A stretch of 64,000 nucleotides of DNA from Candidatus Multivoradales bacterium (GTDB taxonomy: Bacteria > Acidobacteriota > Thermoanaerobaculia > Multivoradales > JAHEKO01), in NCBI GenBank assembly GCA_965248055.1, contig CBDFIJ010000004.1, positions 2,080,001 to 2,144,000 of the forward strand, given 5' to 3'. Positions 40,257 to 50,578 of the stretch are shown in pieces (position 1 is the stretch's first letter; each line of letters begins with the position of its first letter). The notes below the pieces were generated by a model that was not told the DNA's origin, did no database searches, and was given only the letters and a program-made list of their open reading frames with translations. Both the position numbers and the translations under genes were made by a program.

Positions 40257-41207
40257 ATGCACTGGTCTTTGTTGAAGCACTGGGCTCGGACGACTCTGTC
40301 GCGGGTGCAAGTGGGCGTAACGGCACGAGCAGCCATGATTCTGCTGGCGATGGTGCCGCTGCTGGGGGCCGCTGTCGGTTGTGGCCGGGAGACCGACAGC
40401 GGGAAAGCGAATGCGGCCGCTTCTGATCGGGCCGTTCTGGCAACGCCGCAACGGGTCATTGCATTGGCGCCGTCCGCAGTCGAGATGGTGTGCGCGCTGG
40501 GGTGGTGCGATCAGTTGGTGGGAGTTGGCAGCTACGCGACCTACCCGCCGCAAATTACCGAGTTGCCCAAGCTCGGAGGTTTGGTCGACGCCGACCTTGA
40601 GCAACTTCTCGCCTTACAACCGGACCTGGTTATCTTGCTCAAGAGTGAAGAGGAACTGGCTGCCAAGCTCGCCAAACTGGAGGTCGAAGTCCTGACCATT
40701 CCCTCCGACTCTCTGGAGGATATTCAGATTGCCGCTCAGTCGATTACCCGGCGCTTAGGCGTTCCTGAGCAAGGGGTCGCATGGAGTCGTGGCCTGGAGC
40801 AGAGTCTCGCTCCGATCACCCGAACCGATGCGCCGGTGGTACTGCTGGCAGTGGGCCGCGGACCGGGGAAAATCGCCAGCTTCTTGGTCCCTGGGGAAGA
40901 CACTTACCTAGGAGTGCTAGTTCAGCGAGCGGGAGGCGTGGTGGCGGTACAAGGGTTTGGTCACCACTATCGAGACGTCGGGCTGGACACCGCCTTGGCG
41001 ACCAGACCAGATGTCATTCTGGAGTTTGGCTTTGACGATCAGGTTGACCGAGGCTTACTGCTAGACGACTGGCGCGGAATCTATCCGTCCGCGTCGCCCA
41101 TGCCCTGCCACCAAGTCATCGCTGGCAGCCACGTTCCGGTGCCCGGTCCCCGGGTTGTTGAGCTGTATGCAGACATCGTTGCCGCCTTGGCGGCGTGCGC
41201 CGCATGA
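40257..41207 (+). CDS. btuF: cobalamin ABC transporter substrate-binding lipoprotein (start uncertain)
   Basis: RVIALAPS..E, LQPDLVI, PGPR motifs; lipobox-like AVGC. Confidence 0.8.
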   Translation: MHWSLLKHWARTTLSRVQVGVTARAAMILLAMVPLLGAAVGCGRETDSGKANAAASDRAVLATPQRVIALAPSAVEMVCALGWCDQLVGVGSYATYPPQITELPKLGGLVDADLEQLLALQPDLVILLKSEEELAAKLAKLEVEVLTIPSDSLEDIQIAAQSITRRLGVPEQGVAWSRGLEQSLAPITRTDAPVVLLAVGRGPGKIASFLVPGEDTYLGVLVQRAGGVVAVQGFGHHYRDVGLDTALATRPDVILEFGFDDQVDRGLLLDDWRGIYPSASPMPCHQVIAGSHVPVPGPRVVELYADIVAALAACAA

Positions 41208-42067
41208 CCAATTTGGCGGTCGCGGAGCGGGTGGTTTGGTCCAACCGAAGTGGTTTTCAACTCGGACCGCTCGACCTGATCGCTGGTCCTGGTGAGGTCG
41301 TTGTTCTAGTTGGTGAGAACGGAGCGGGCAAGTCGACCTTACTGAGAATCTTGGCTGGGATTTGGTCACCGCATCGAGGTCGCGTCGAGTGGCCTCTGCT
41401 GGACAATGACTCATCGAAGTCGCTGGCCACAGTAGTCGGTTATCTACAGCAAAACGTCCCAGGCGGCATTGGTTCTGGCCTCTTGGGCTCTAGTGCATCT
41501 AGTTCTGGGGGCCCAGGTTCTGGGGGTTCGGACTCAGACAATCTAGCGATGCGCGTTGCCGAGCTGGTTACTCTGGGGCGCTATGTCCATCGCAGAGCAG
41601 ACACACCGACCACCGTGACCGCTGCGGTCGACGCGGCGCTGGCCGCAGTTGGCCTCAGCGGATTCCATAAACGCGCAGTCGACAGCCTTTCGGGTGGCGA
41701 GAGAAAACGCGTCTTGGTGGCGGCGGTACTGGCGCAACAGGCACCGTTACTGGTCTTGGACGAGCCAACTGCGCATCTCGATCCCGCTTCCCATCGCTTG
41801 ATGGCAACCGCGATTCGGCGTTACGTGCAAACAGAGGCTCAAGAACGAGGAGCGGTCATCGCCACCCACGATCTGCACTTTGCTCGTACCATTGCCACCC
41901 GAGTGGTCGGCCTGAGACAGGGAGCCATGGTTGACCTCGGTCCTCCAGAAACTGGATTCAGCATCGCTTCTTTGAACGGGTTGTTTAACACCGACTTTGT
42001 CCACGCGAGCCACGGCCCACCGGTGGTCGAGTTGGATGCCTCAACCCAACAGGAGCCGGGCTCATGA
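41204..42067 (+). CDS. btuD: ABC transporter ATP-binding protein
   Basis: GENGAGKST, LSGGE, LDEPT. Confidence 0.85.
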   Translation: MTNLAVAERVVWSNRSGFQLGPLDLIAGPGEVVVLVGENGAGKSTLLRILAGIWSPHRGRVEWPLLDNDSSKSLATVVGYLQQNVPGGIGSGLLGSSASSSGGPGSGGSDSDNLAMRVAELVTLGRYVHRRADTPTTVTAAVDAALAAVGLSGFHKRAVDSLSGGERKRVLVAAVLAQQAPLLVLDEPTAHLDPASHRLMATAIRRYVQTEAQERGAVIATHDLHFARTIATRVVGLRQGAMVDLGPPETGFSIASLNGLFNTDFVHASHGPPVVELDASTQQEPGS

Positions 42068-43050
42068 CGCCCAAGTCTCGGGTCGTACTGTGGGTCTTGC
42101 TAGCGCTGGTCGCCCTCGCCGGGCTGACCGCGTGGGAGTTCGCTAGCGCACCCGGAGAACTCTCCTGGAGGTCGCCGTTGGGGCAGACCGTGTTCTGGAG
42201 GTTGCGGCTGCCACGATTGCTATTGGCGATGGCCGCCGGGGGGCTTCTCTCGGTGGCGGGCGCTGGATTCCAAACCATTTTCCGCAACCCGCTCGCCGAG
42301 CCCTACACCCTTGGTGTTGCCAGCGGGGCAGCGCTGGGTGCGGTGCTGGCGATTCAACTCGGAGCTGCAGTGGTGGGAGGGATTCCAGCGATTGCCTTGG
42401 CCGCTTTTGCGGGCGCTCTTGGGGTCACTTCGCTGCTGTTGTCTTTTGCTGGGCGCAGGTCGCAGATCGGTGGTTCCAGTGCCGCCACCATCTTGCTCGC
42501 CGGCGTGGTGATTTCGTTGACCTGCTCCGCGTTGATCTTGTTGCTCCAAGCCCTCGCCGACTACACCCAAACCTTCCGTATGGTGCGTTGGATGATGGGA
42601 GGCTTGGCAACCGTCGACTACCAATCAGTTCTGTGGCTCAGCTATTGGAGCTTGGTGGTGCTCGGGGTTGCGGTCCGATTCCATCTCCAGTTCGATTTGT
42701 TGCTCACCGGCGAAGAATTCGCCCAAGGTCGTGGCCTCAACGTTGCCCGCTTTCGACGCTGGGCACTGGTGACCGCGTCTCTCGCCATCGGTGCCGCCGT
42801 CGCCGTGGTCGGCCCGATTGGTTTCGTTGGCTTGGTGGTGCCGCACATCGGCCGCAGCTTGGTCGGCACACGCCATCGACAGCTGCTGCCGGTGGTGTGG
42901 CTTCTCGGCGCAGTCCTGCTCGCCTTCGCTGACTTCGGCGCGCGCAAAATCCTCTCTCCTGCCGAACTCCCGGTCGGCGTCATGACCTCCTTACTCGGTG
43001 CCCCCGTGTTCTTGTGGATCTTGCTGCGCCGAGGTCTTCGGTCCGGTTAG
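42064..43050 (+). CDS. btuC: FecCD/BtuC permease
   Basis: RLPR, FRNPLAEP..LG, IGFVGLVVPH. Confidence 0.88.
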   Translation: MTPKSRVVLWVLLALVALAGLTAWEFASAPGELSWRSPLGQTVFWRLRLPRLLLAMAAGGLLSVAGAGFQTIFRNPLAEPYTLGVASGAALGAVLAIQLGAAVVGGIPAIALAAFAGALGVTSLLLSFAGRRSQIGGSSAATILLAGVVISLTCSALILLLQALADYTQTFRMVRWMMGGLATVDYQSVLWLSYWSLVVLGVAVRFHLQFDLLLTGEEFAQGRGLNVARFRRWALVTASLAIGAAVAVVGPIGFVGLVVPHIGRSLVGTRHRQLLPVVWLLGAVLLAFADFGARKILSPAELPVGVMTSLLGAPVFLWILLRRGLRSG

Positions 43051-43160
43051 TGGATTGCTGGGTGGACCACAGCTACCCACAACACCCCCTGCCACCCAAG
43101 ACGACGGGCCAGGGGTCTGAAATCAAAGAAACGAGACAAGAAGAAACCAAAAGCCTTCAG

Positions 43161-43580
43161 CTAGGTGCCCCCGCCCAGCCCGAGTAGATCAATGGCGCGG
43201 TAGACACTACGCCGAGAGATTCCGAGCTGTCGGGCGATCTCAGTTTTTGAGGTCCCGGCTTCGGCTAGGGTTTTTATCGTTTCCACCTTCTTGGGAGTTA
43301 GAACGAACCGCGCGCCCTTCTTGCGACCACCCCAGGTTTTGCCTTCCGCCTTGGCTTTAGCAATCCCGGCGCGGGTGCGCTCAGAAATAATTTCCCGTTC
43401 GTACTCGGAGAAGGCAACCAGGAGAGTTCTAAACATTCGACCTGCCGGAGTGGAGGAGTCAAGCGCTCCACCATCGCGGATCGACACCAAGCGCACGCCC
43501 TGGCCGTCGAGTTCATCGAGAAACGGAACCAGCTCGCGCGCAGTACGGCCCAGACGGTCCAGTCTCCACACAACCAGAGT
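43161..43580 (-). pseudogene. serine resolvase/invertase, 5'-truncated
   Basis: LVVWRLDRLGR, ERTRAG, C-terminal HTH; N-terminal YARVS catalytic serine absent. Confidence 0.8.
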
Positions 43581-43610
43581 GCTCTACCGCACCGCGGCGC
43601 AGATCGTCGC

Positions 43611-43922
43611 TTAGAGAGCCAAATCCTGGACGGTTGAGGGTTCGACCGTCAAAGTAAACCCAACAGCCAAAAGAGTCACACCCACCACGAGAAGCAACCA
43701 TCCAAGTAACCGGAGCTCGCTAGGCGCGATCATCGGCCCTTCCACCACACCCACAAAGCAATAGCAGCTATGTATAAGAAAAAGGCAAATCGGCCCCAGG
43801 GCAGTGGCTCCCCCCCCCCCGAGAATCGAAAAAGGAAGACCAACAACCACAAAAACCATAGCTAGAAGCAAAACCACAGCGAGCCAGAGCAGGCTGCCGG
43901 CCTCCTTGAGAAACCCCATCAC
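43611..43922 (-). CDS. small membrane protein
   Basis: 103 aa, three hydrophobic segments. Confidence 0.45.
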   Translation of the reverse strand: MMGFLKEAGSLLWLAVVLLLAMVFVVVGLPFSILGGGGATALGPICLFLIHSCYCFVGVVEGPMIAPSELRLLGWLLLVVGVTLLAVGFTLTVEPSTVQDLAL

Positions 43923-44136
43923 GGCTCGATCTTAGCGGCGGGCCAGGCTCCAACCCATCGGTCGGTGCGAGCTTTAGTAAACCAATGACCGATGGCCTCT
44001 TGACCAACCTTTGAGGTGGTAGCAAAAACCGGTCGGCCTTTATCGTCGTCAAGAAACGAGAGAAGGACTGGCGCTTTTTTAACTCGCGCTAGTACAGCAG
44101 CTTCGGTTTCGGCAGGTTCTTGCTAAGGAGGGCAGC

Positions 44137-44304
44137 ATGAGTAGCAAATTGACAAAAGTGTTTTTGGCGGGTGTTTGCGCGACAGCTCTAGCGATTGGCG
44201 CATATGCGCACTCTGTAGTCGGGGTTAGATACGGTGAATGGAATGGAAAAAAATTCGTCGTGCTGACGATGTCAGATGGAACCTACGATATTCGTACGCT
44301 CTGA
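44137..44304 (+). CDS. 55-aa secreted peptide (not in ORF track)
   Basis: AAGGAGGG RBS; MSSKLTKVFLAGVCATALAIGAYA-HSVVGVRYGEWNGKKFVVLTMSDGTYDIRTL*. Confidence 0.75.
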   Translation: MSSKLTKVFLAGVCATALAIGAYAHSVVGVRYGEWNGKKFVVLTMSDGTYDIRTL

Positions 44305-44426
44305 AGCGGGCTAGGTTAACCGCTTGTTTGAAAGAACCCTGCACAACCGGTCTGGTAATGTCTTGGACACCGTAGGCCGCGTGGATACACTCAAGCCAGT
44401 GTCCAGAATTACCGGGAAAAGATTTT

Positions 44427-45632
44427 ATGCGTAGATTAGTTTACGTTTTGGTTTGTTGCTTTTTTGTTTTTGGGACGCACGGAGCGCTGGCCGTTGCTGC
44501 GGAACCAGTGGTTCTCCAACGCATAGAAAGTAAAGACCTAGACAGCTTTCTCGTCGAGGAAGAAACAGGCACGCTGTTGTTGGCAACAAGCGAAGGCGCC
44601 AGTTTTTCGTTGTTCAACACCAAGTCTACAAAAGTCGCGAGTTTCTCGTTATCAGGTAAGCATATAAACACAACCGGGCCACTCAAGGACGCCTTGGCGG
44701 ACCCACTTCGATCTCCGGGGGTCAACCAACTTAAGGATGGGGGCTCTGGCTTTGCCCTCTCAAAGTCTGGGACCATTGGCGTCGTGGGCAACCCTTTTTT
44801 TATGTACACATATCGGGCAACTGGCAGCAAAGAAAAAGGGGCGTTTTCCCTTATGCCCGTGGCCACCTCGGTTGTTGCGGTGGGAAGCAGGTGGGCCGTA
44901 AGCACACTTCCGCTGCCTGGCGGCATGCTAGGCGAAGATGTTCCATTTCCAACGAGCCGGCTTATTGTTTACGACAGTGATGGAGACGCAAGACTAGGTG
45001 TTTTGGATATAAACGAGGCGGGCAGCCCGACGATTAGAGCAAGAGAGTTGATACTCGTTTCAGATGGAAACAGAGTCCGTTATGCAATTGAAAGGGGGTC
45101 GCATCGCGTTTATGCATTAACGCGCGACTATGAAGTGGCGGAATTAATGGAGGATACGCGACGGCAGTATCAACCCCCCGAGGACCTAGAGGAGACAATT
45201 AAGCACCACAAGGAGGAGGCTGACAAGGCCTACAAGCAACACGTCGACACTGCCGGCAAAGAGCTAACAGGAAGTGCACCGTCAACGATCACTCCCGAGA
45301 AGCCACCTGCGCCGCGAAGGGCAACATTTCTCAAGATCAAGCCCGCTGTGCTTGCGGCCACCTGGAACAAACCCCTAGGAAAGCTGGCAATGGTTTCTAC
45401 CGGGAAGGGCGGCGAACAATTTCTTGAGCATTTTGACCCTACTTCAAAGAAGCTTACTCGCTGGCAGTTGCAGGAGCGTGGCTGGAAGGTCGGCGGAATG
45501 GTGGCCTGCAACACGAGCTACGTGTTTCTACTGGTGGGGGAGAACGGTCAGCAGAAGATCGGAAAACTCGACAGCTGGGAACTGGAAAACGGAGAGCAAG
45601 CGGAAAGCTTCCGTGTTACAGAAATTGACTAA
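44427..45632 (+). CDS. secreted beta-rich (propeller-like) protein
   Basis: Signal peptide, repeated strands such as LIVYDSDG. Confidence 0.7.
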   Translation: MRRLVYVLVCCFFVFGTHGALAVAAEPVVLQRIESKDLDSFLVEEETGTLLLATSEGASFSLFNTKSTKVASFSLSGKHINTTGPLKDALADPLRSPGVNQLKDGGSGFALSKSGTIGVVGNPFFMYTYRATGSKEKGAFSLMPVATSVVAVGSRWAVSTLPLPGGMLGEDVPFPTSRLIVYDSDGDARLGVLDINEAGSPTIRARELILVSDGNRVRYAIERGSHRVYALTRDYEVAELMEDTRRQYQPPEDLEETIKHHKEEADKAYKQHVDTAGKELTGSAPSTITPEKPPAPRRATFLKIKPAVLAATWNKPLGKLAMVSTGKGGEQFLEHFDPTSKKLTRWQLQERGWKVGGMVACNTSYVFLLVGENGQQKIGKLDSWELENGEQAESFRVTEID

Positions 45633-46454
45633 AGTGGTTGCGATACTAACCCGCTGCACCCTCCGCCAACAAAGGTGCAATTCGCCTGTTGGCGATCCTT
45701 AGAAAAGCCTAACTCTACTTAGAGTTATCCACCGACCGAAGGTGTTGGCGTTGCGCTTTTCACGGTAAAATGTGCGGAATCGTTTGCCGCGCTTGCGTCG
45801 GACTCACCCCACAAAAGGAAATGAAGAGGTTTTTGCAGGAGTGCGACAAGCCACGCCTGGGGCACGAGCCGCATCGGTGTAATTTCTTACTCTAAGCCTA
45901 GGCTGTAGTTCTAACGGGATCCTCTACTGAGGCCAGCGCGTGGTTGGCACGAGGGTGGCCAAAACCTATAGCAGTATCCGGCTGTTGCAACATGTGTCAA
46001 ATGAAGGAAGGTTCTAGTGGCACACCGAGACGAGAGCCAGAGTCCCCGGGATACCCGCCCATGGAGGTACGGACGAAACAAAGGGTTCATTTGGCACACT
46101 TTTGGGATAGCGACCCCGGGCCGATCCGCTCGAATCGGAGCGGCCTTGCGCACCCGTGTGCGCCTGTACGCGCCCGTATGCACCAAGGCAAGAACAACGT
46201 ACGAGAATTCAGCTTTTGTTATTAGGGGTCAAAGAAGGAATTTTTGCCAGCTGGCACAAGTAGGCAGCGGCCAACAAAAGAGCCCCAATAACTAGATCTG
46301 TCGTCAGGGCGGCGAGAAAATCAACCAGCACCAAACAATTTTGCCACGCAACATTTATTAGACAAAGCTGCACGCTCGCCCGGCAACTTGCGGCTTTTCA
46401 ATAGGTTAAGAACTAAAGCCCGACCGGAGGCACGCACCGTAAAATGGCCTGGAC

Positions 46455-46700
46455 ATGAGAATGCCGAGAGTCACAATCTCGCTTCTAGTAGACCTTGTGG
46501 CCGCGCTTGACAGTGCGGCTGTTGACGCAGGGTGTTCGCGTTCCGAGCTCGTCCGCGTAGCGCTTGCGATCTACCTAGCGCAGCCCTACACACCGACCGC
46601 CAGCGAGGCCAAGGTTATTTCTTCGTGCTTCGAGCCGGACGTGACTTCGGTGCAACGGCTAGCTTCAGTAACGCAATTCCCGTCAGCTCTCCTAGAATAG
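46455..46700 (+). CDS. CopG/ribbon-helix-helix protein
   Basis: RVTISL...LD..A...G.SRSELVR.AL..YL. Confidence 0.7.
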   Translation: MRMPRVTISLLVDLVAALDSAAVDAGCSRSELVRVALAIYLAQPYTPTASEAKVISSCFEPDVTSVQRLASVTQFPSALLE

Positions 46701-46705
46701 AAGCG

Positions 46706-47476
46706 ATGCGTTTGTACCGACTTGGCCCGGACGGGGTCTACGCCGTAGAGGACGATGAAGGGTTTCGCTTCCTCCACTCGGACCCTTGGCAGACTCAACC
46801 CGGTGGCTGGGAGTACGGCCGAACGATCGACGCTCCGCCGAGTCTGCTGCCCCCGGTCAAGCCGGGAAAGATCGTTGGCATTGGTCGCAACTATCGCGCT
46901 CACGCTGAGGAGTTAGGCAACGAAGTTCCTGACGAGCCGTTGATCTTTCTCAAGGCACCTTCTTCGGTGGTCGGGCCCAAGGCGCCGATTTTGACGCCCA
47001 GCATGAGCGAACGGGTCGACTACGAGGGTGAGATCGCAGTGGTCGTGGGTCGACGACTGGTGCACGCCAGCGAGGACGAAGCGCGCGGTGCGGTTTTTGG
47101 TATCACCGCAGCCAACGACGTCACCGCCCGCGATCTGCAGCGCAGAGACAAGACCTTTGCTCGTGGCAAATCATTTGACAGCTTCTGTCCGCTGGGTCCA
47201 GCGATTCAAGTCAACCCCGATTGGGATGCCTTGGAAGTGCGCACCCAGGTGAATGGCGAGTTGCGCCAGCACGGCCACATCAGCCAAATGATTTGGTCAC
47301 CGGTGGAACTACTGGTCTACATTTCGCGTCACATGACGCTATTGCCAGGGGATTTAGTCCTCACCGGAACCCCGGAGGGGGTCGGCGAGCTGGCAGCTGG
47401 CGACCGGGTTGAGGTTGAAGCGACCGGGGTCGGAATCCTAGAAAACAAAGTGGAACCAGATCGTCGAGGCCAGTGA
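46706..47476 (+). CDS. fumarylacetoacetate hydrolase family protein
   Basis: GIGRNY..H, DYEGE, NDVTARDLQ, KSFDSFCPLGP, LTGTPEGVG. Confidence 0.95.
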   Translation: MRLYRLGPDGVYAVEDDEGFRFLHSDPWQTQPGGWEYGRTIDAPPSLLPPVKPGKIVGIGRNYRAHAEELGNEVPDEPLIFLKAPSSVVGPKAPILTPSMSERVDYEGEIAVVVGRRLVHASEDEARGAVFGITAANDVTARDLQRRDKTFARGKSFDSFCPLGPAIQVNPDWDALEVRTQVNGELRQHGHISQMIWSPVELLVYISRHMTLLPGDLVLTGTPEGVGELAAGDRVEVEATGVGILENKVEPDRRGQ

Positions 47477-47514
47477 GTCGAAGCCAGTAAGTCGAGGCCA
47501 GTGAGTTCAGGACA

Positions 47515-47745
47515 ATGAAAAAACTCCAATCCCGCGCGAGTGAATTCTCCTTGGCTCACGTCTTACTGCCGACCGTAGCTGGTCTCGCCGGTGCGCTGTA
47601 CTCTCGATACTTGCGCCATCATCCCTGGGCGGCGGCCTTGATGATTGGTCTAGCGGTGGCAACTTTGGCCTACGGGGGCATCAAGTCTCGCCAGCGGTTG
47701 CAGTGGATCTATCGGGTTGCCCGCAGTCCGTGGCGCCGAGAGTAG
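47515..47745 (+). CDS. small membrane protein
   Basis: Two TM helices, co-oriented with neighbours. Confidence 0.55.
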   Translation: MKKLQSRASEFSLAHVLLPTVAGLAGALYSRYLRHHPWAAALMIGLAVATLAYGGIKSRQRLQWIYRVARSPWRRE

Positions 47746-47796
47746 CCGACCTCGAATGCGCCAGCAGCGGAGAAACGTGGCAAGATTCTCTCAGCG

Positions 47797-48258
47797 ATGA
47801 AGATCATTGAAACAATTGCAGTGCCTGTGGCCGTCGGCTTGGTTCTGACTCTAGCTGCCTGTGGCACCCCCGAGCCGGTGTCGGTAGACCCCGGTGAGGC
47901 GGTAGACGTCACCGCCAGTCCGGTTGAGAACCTGACTACCGAATACGACGAGGTCGCCCCCGAGCGCGACGAAGAACAACTGTCCGGAGTCTTACCGACC
48001 GGATTCCCCGCCGATGTACCGGTCTACACTCCTTCCAGCTTGATCGAATTTGGCGAGGGCGGCGGTGGGCGATTTGTCCTTCTGGCGAGCCCCGACTCTG
48101 CGGATGCGGTTCGCACTAGCTTTCGCTCCAGTTTGGAGTCAGCCGGTTGGGTGCGATCCGGTGGCAGTCGTGAAGAGCGCTTCGCCAAGGACGATCGAAC
48201 TGTCAAAGTCGAAGTGCGGGTCAAAGGCAGTGGCAGCGAGATCCGTATTGCCTACTGA
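47797..48258 (+). CDS. lipoprotein
   Basis: LAAC lipobox; LP.GFP.DVP motif. Confidence 0.75.
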   Translation: MKIIETIAVPVAVGLVLTLAACGTPEPVSVDPGEAVDVTASPVENLTTEYDEVAPERDEEQLSGVLPTGFPADVPVYTPSSLIEFGEGGGGRFVLLASPDSADAVRTSFRSSLESAGWVRSGGSREERFAKDDRTVKVEVRVKGSGSEIRIAY

Positions 48259-48278
48259 TCTGATCGTTTTCTAACTCC

Positions 48279-48617
48279 ATGCCCAACGACCCCATGTCCA
48301 TTGATTCGATCAAGCTGGATTTGAAGGACAAAAATCCGAAACCGTCGCCTGATCATGGCGAGGCGGACGCGCTTCAGGGCGATACTGCCGCTGACAAGGC
48401 AAACGCGGCTTCCGCGAAACAGAGATCCCAAAACCTCAGTCCCGGGTTCGATTTCGCCGCCGCCGTTGCTGGCCTAGCTTTGCTCGGCTATTGGATCGAC
48501 CGCAGCCAAGGATCCAGCCCCTGGGGTGTCCTGATCGGTTCTCTTCTGGGTATCGTTGGCGGTCTATACAACGCGATCCGGGCTGCAGGGATCGTTGGCC
48601 GATCCTCCAACCGATGA
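48279..48617 (+). CDS. AtpZ/AtpI family (ATP synthase gene 1)
   Basis: LGYWIDR..GSSPWG.LIG.LLG..GGLYN. Confidence 0.85.
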   Translation: MPNDPMSIDSIKLDLKDKNPKPSPDHGEADALQGDTAADKANAASAKQRSQNLSPGFDFAAAVAGLALLGYWIDRSQGSSPWGVLIGSLLGIVGGLYNAIRAAGIVGRSSNR

Positions 48618-48970
48618 CTCCACGAGTATTTTGGCCAACCGTGGTCGCCGCGTTCCTGGTGCTTGCCCTGGTCAGCCGATGGCTGGTTTCAAGCGAGAAT
48701 TACCCGGTGGTGCTGGCAACCCTAGCCGCCACCTTTGCTGGTGCCTGCGTCGGCGCGCTCATCCTGCTGGTCTTGCGCATATCTCCCAATGCCCTGATGG
48801 CCGCCACCCTGGGTCGTTCCGCGGTCTCGATCGCTGGCGTGGTCATGGTTTGGTTGCTGATGGAGCCTCCGGTCAAGCCGCTTCTCGGTGCCCTAGCCCT
48901 CGGCTACTGTGTCTTTCTCGCCATTGAAACCGCCCTCGCCTACTCGGTCAACCAAGCCAAGATCGGTTGA
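48614..48970 (+). CDS. four-TM ATP synthase I-like protein
   Basis: ATGA-coupled, four TM helices, position before atpB. Confidence 0.65.
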   Translation: MTPRVFWPTVVAAFLVLALVSRWLVSSENYPVVLATLAATFAGACVGALILLVLRISPNALMAATLGRSAVSIAGVVMVWLLMEPPVKPLLGALALGYCVFLAIETALAYSVNQAKIG

Positions 48971-49093
48971 CTGGATCGGTTGCGGAAGACCTGAGTCCAA
49001 AGTCCCAATTGCTGCGATGTTGACGGGAGGGGTTTACCCCCTCTCGTAGCGTTTCCATTTGGAACTCGAGCGTCAGATCCCCCTAACCGCCTT

Positions 49094-49130
49094 TGTCATC
49101 CTGAGCGACCGTAGGGAGTCGAAGGATCTC
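49094..49130 (+). repeat. REP-like palindrome GTCATCCTGAGCGA..CGAAGGATCT
   Basis: Related copies at 58105, 58327, 60242. Confidence 0.75.
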
Positions 49131-49321
49131 AAACCTCCCCACCGAGAAGAGCCCGACCAACACCCAGACCACACGAACGTTGGCCTCAAGAGACCATACC
49201 AGTATCCGACAACCCTTGATTCCGTGCCTTCGTAGGGCAGGGGTTTATCCTCTCCTGAACGGCCTCCCGAGCTGCCCTCCGAACTGGCCTCCGAAACACG
49301 ACCCAATCCGCACCCCAGAGC

Positions 49322-50573
49322 TGACCTAGATCAAACACCTGTGAGACAGCGCCGTTAGTCGCCGAGGCTGTGGGGGATGTGGGAATCTCGTGAGAGATTT
49401 CCAAGGGCTGTGGGAAGGCAAGCGTAGCTGGCTTTGCACCAGCCCATCATCATCCACAGCCTTGACAAGTAAAAAGGGGGCCAAGATCCTTCGGGTCTAT
49501 CGAATAACCCAAAACGAAGGGAGGCCCCCAGATGCAAATCGTCGCACTCGATCGCAGTATCTACAAGTACTACCGTGAAGACATCGTTGTCTTAAGCTCT
49601 CCGGCTCGTGATCGGCTGCGCTTGGTTGCGAGCTTCGAGCAACTACGCGACAAGGGGATCTCGGGTGAAGAAGCAGCTCAGATCTTGGGCAAGAGTCGAG
49701 CTACCCTTTACCGCTGGCGCAAACGCCTTGAACGTGGCCCCCGACATCTAGAACCGATCTCAAGCCGACCCAAACGGGTGCGTAAGGCTGACTGGTCACC
49801 TGAACTGGTACAGAGAGTCGAAAGTCTTCGTCGAGACTTTCCTGCCTGGGGCAAGGAAACCCTAGCGCCGCTGATCCAGGGCGAGGGCTTTGAGGTATCA
49901 GAAGCCACTGTCGGGCGTATCTTGCGCAAACTAATGGATCGAGGGGTAATCCACCGGGTACGCTACCGGCGCCAGAAGTACAAAAACTCCCGGCGTATGC
50001 GCCGGCTCCACGCTCAGCGACTGCCGAAATGGTGTCCCCGACCAACGCGCCCTGGCGAGCGACTGCAGATCGACACGCTGCATCTGGTCCCTGCTCCAGG
50101 CAAGTGGCTCAAACACTTTTCAGCCTCCTGTCCGGTCAGCCGGTGGACAGTGGGAGAGATCTATCAACGTGCCACTTCTCGCTGTGCAGCACGCTTTCTA
50201 GACAAAGTCATTGCCGAGTGTCCGTTTGACATCAGCTCGATCCAAGTGGACGGTGGTAGTGAATTTATGGATGAATTTGAGAAAGCCTGCCGAGATAGAG
50301 GCATCACCCTCTATGTGCTGCCGCCAAAGAGTCCGAAGCTCAACGGCACCGTCGAACGAATGCAGGAAACCTGGAGAGGAGAGTTTTATGAAATGTATGA
50401 GCTACCCGATACTGTCTCGGCTTTGAGACCTTACATCCAGAGATTCCAGGACCTCTACAACACCTACAGGCCGCACAAGAGCTTGAAAAGAAAACCCCCG
50501 GCAAGGTACCTTAGAAAACTCGACCCAGGGGTCGTGCTCCCGCCAACTGTCTCAAAGGTACTGATCTAGGACA
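49322..50573 (+). mobile_element. IS481 family element
   Basis: Imperfect TIRs TGACCTAGATCA..TGAGACAG / CTGTCTCA..TGATCTAGGACA; 5-bp TSD AGAGC (49317-49321, 50574-50578). Confidence 0.9.
49532..50569 (+). CDS. IS481 family DDE transposase
   Basis: HTH, QID, QVDGGSEF, NGTVER, YN..RPH. Confidence 0.92.
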   Translation: MQIVALDRSIYKYYREDIVVLSSPARDRLRLVASFEQLRDKGISGEEAAQILGKSRATLYRWRKRLERGPRHLEPISSRPKRVRKADWSPELVQRVESLRRDFPAWGKETLAPLIQGEGFEVSEATVGRILRKLMDRGVIHRVRYRRQKYKNSRRMRRLHAQRLPKWCPRPTRPGERLQIDTLHLVPAPGKWLKHFSASCPVSRWTVGEIYQRATSRCAARFLDKVIAECPFDISSIQVDGGSEFMDEFEKACRDRGITLYVLPPKSPKLNGTVERMQETWRGEFYEMYELPDTVSALRPYIQRFQDLYNTYRPHKSLKRKPPARYLRKLDPGVVLPPTVSKVLI

Positions 50574-50578
50574 AGAGC

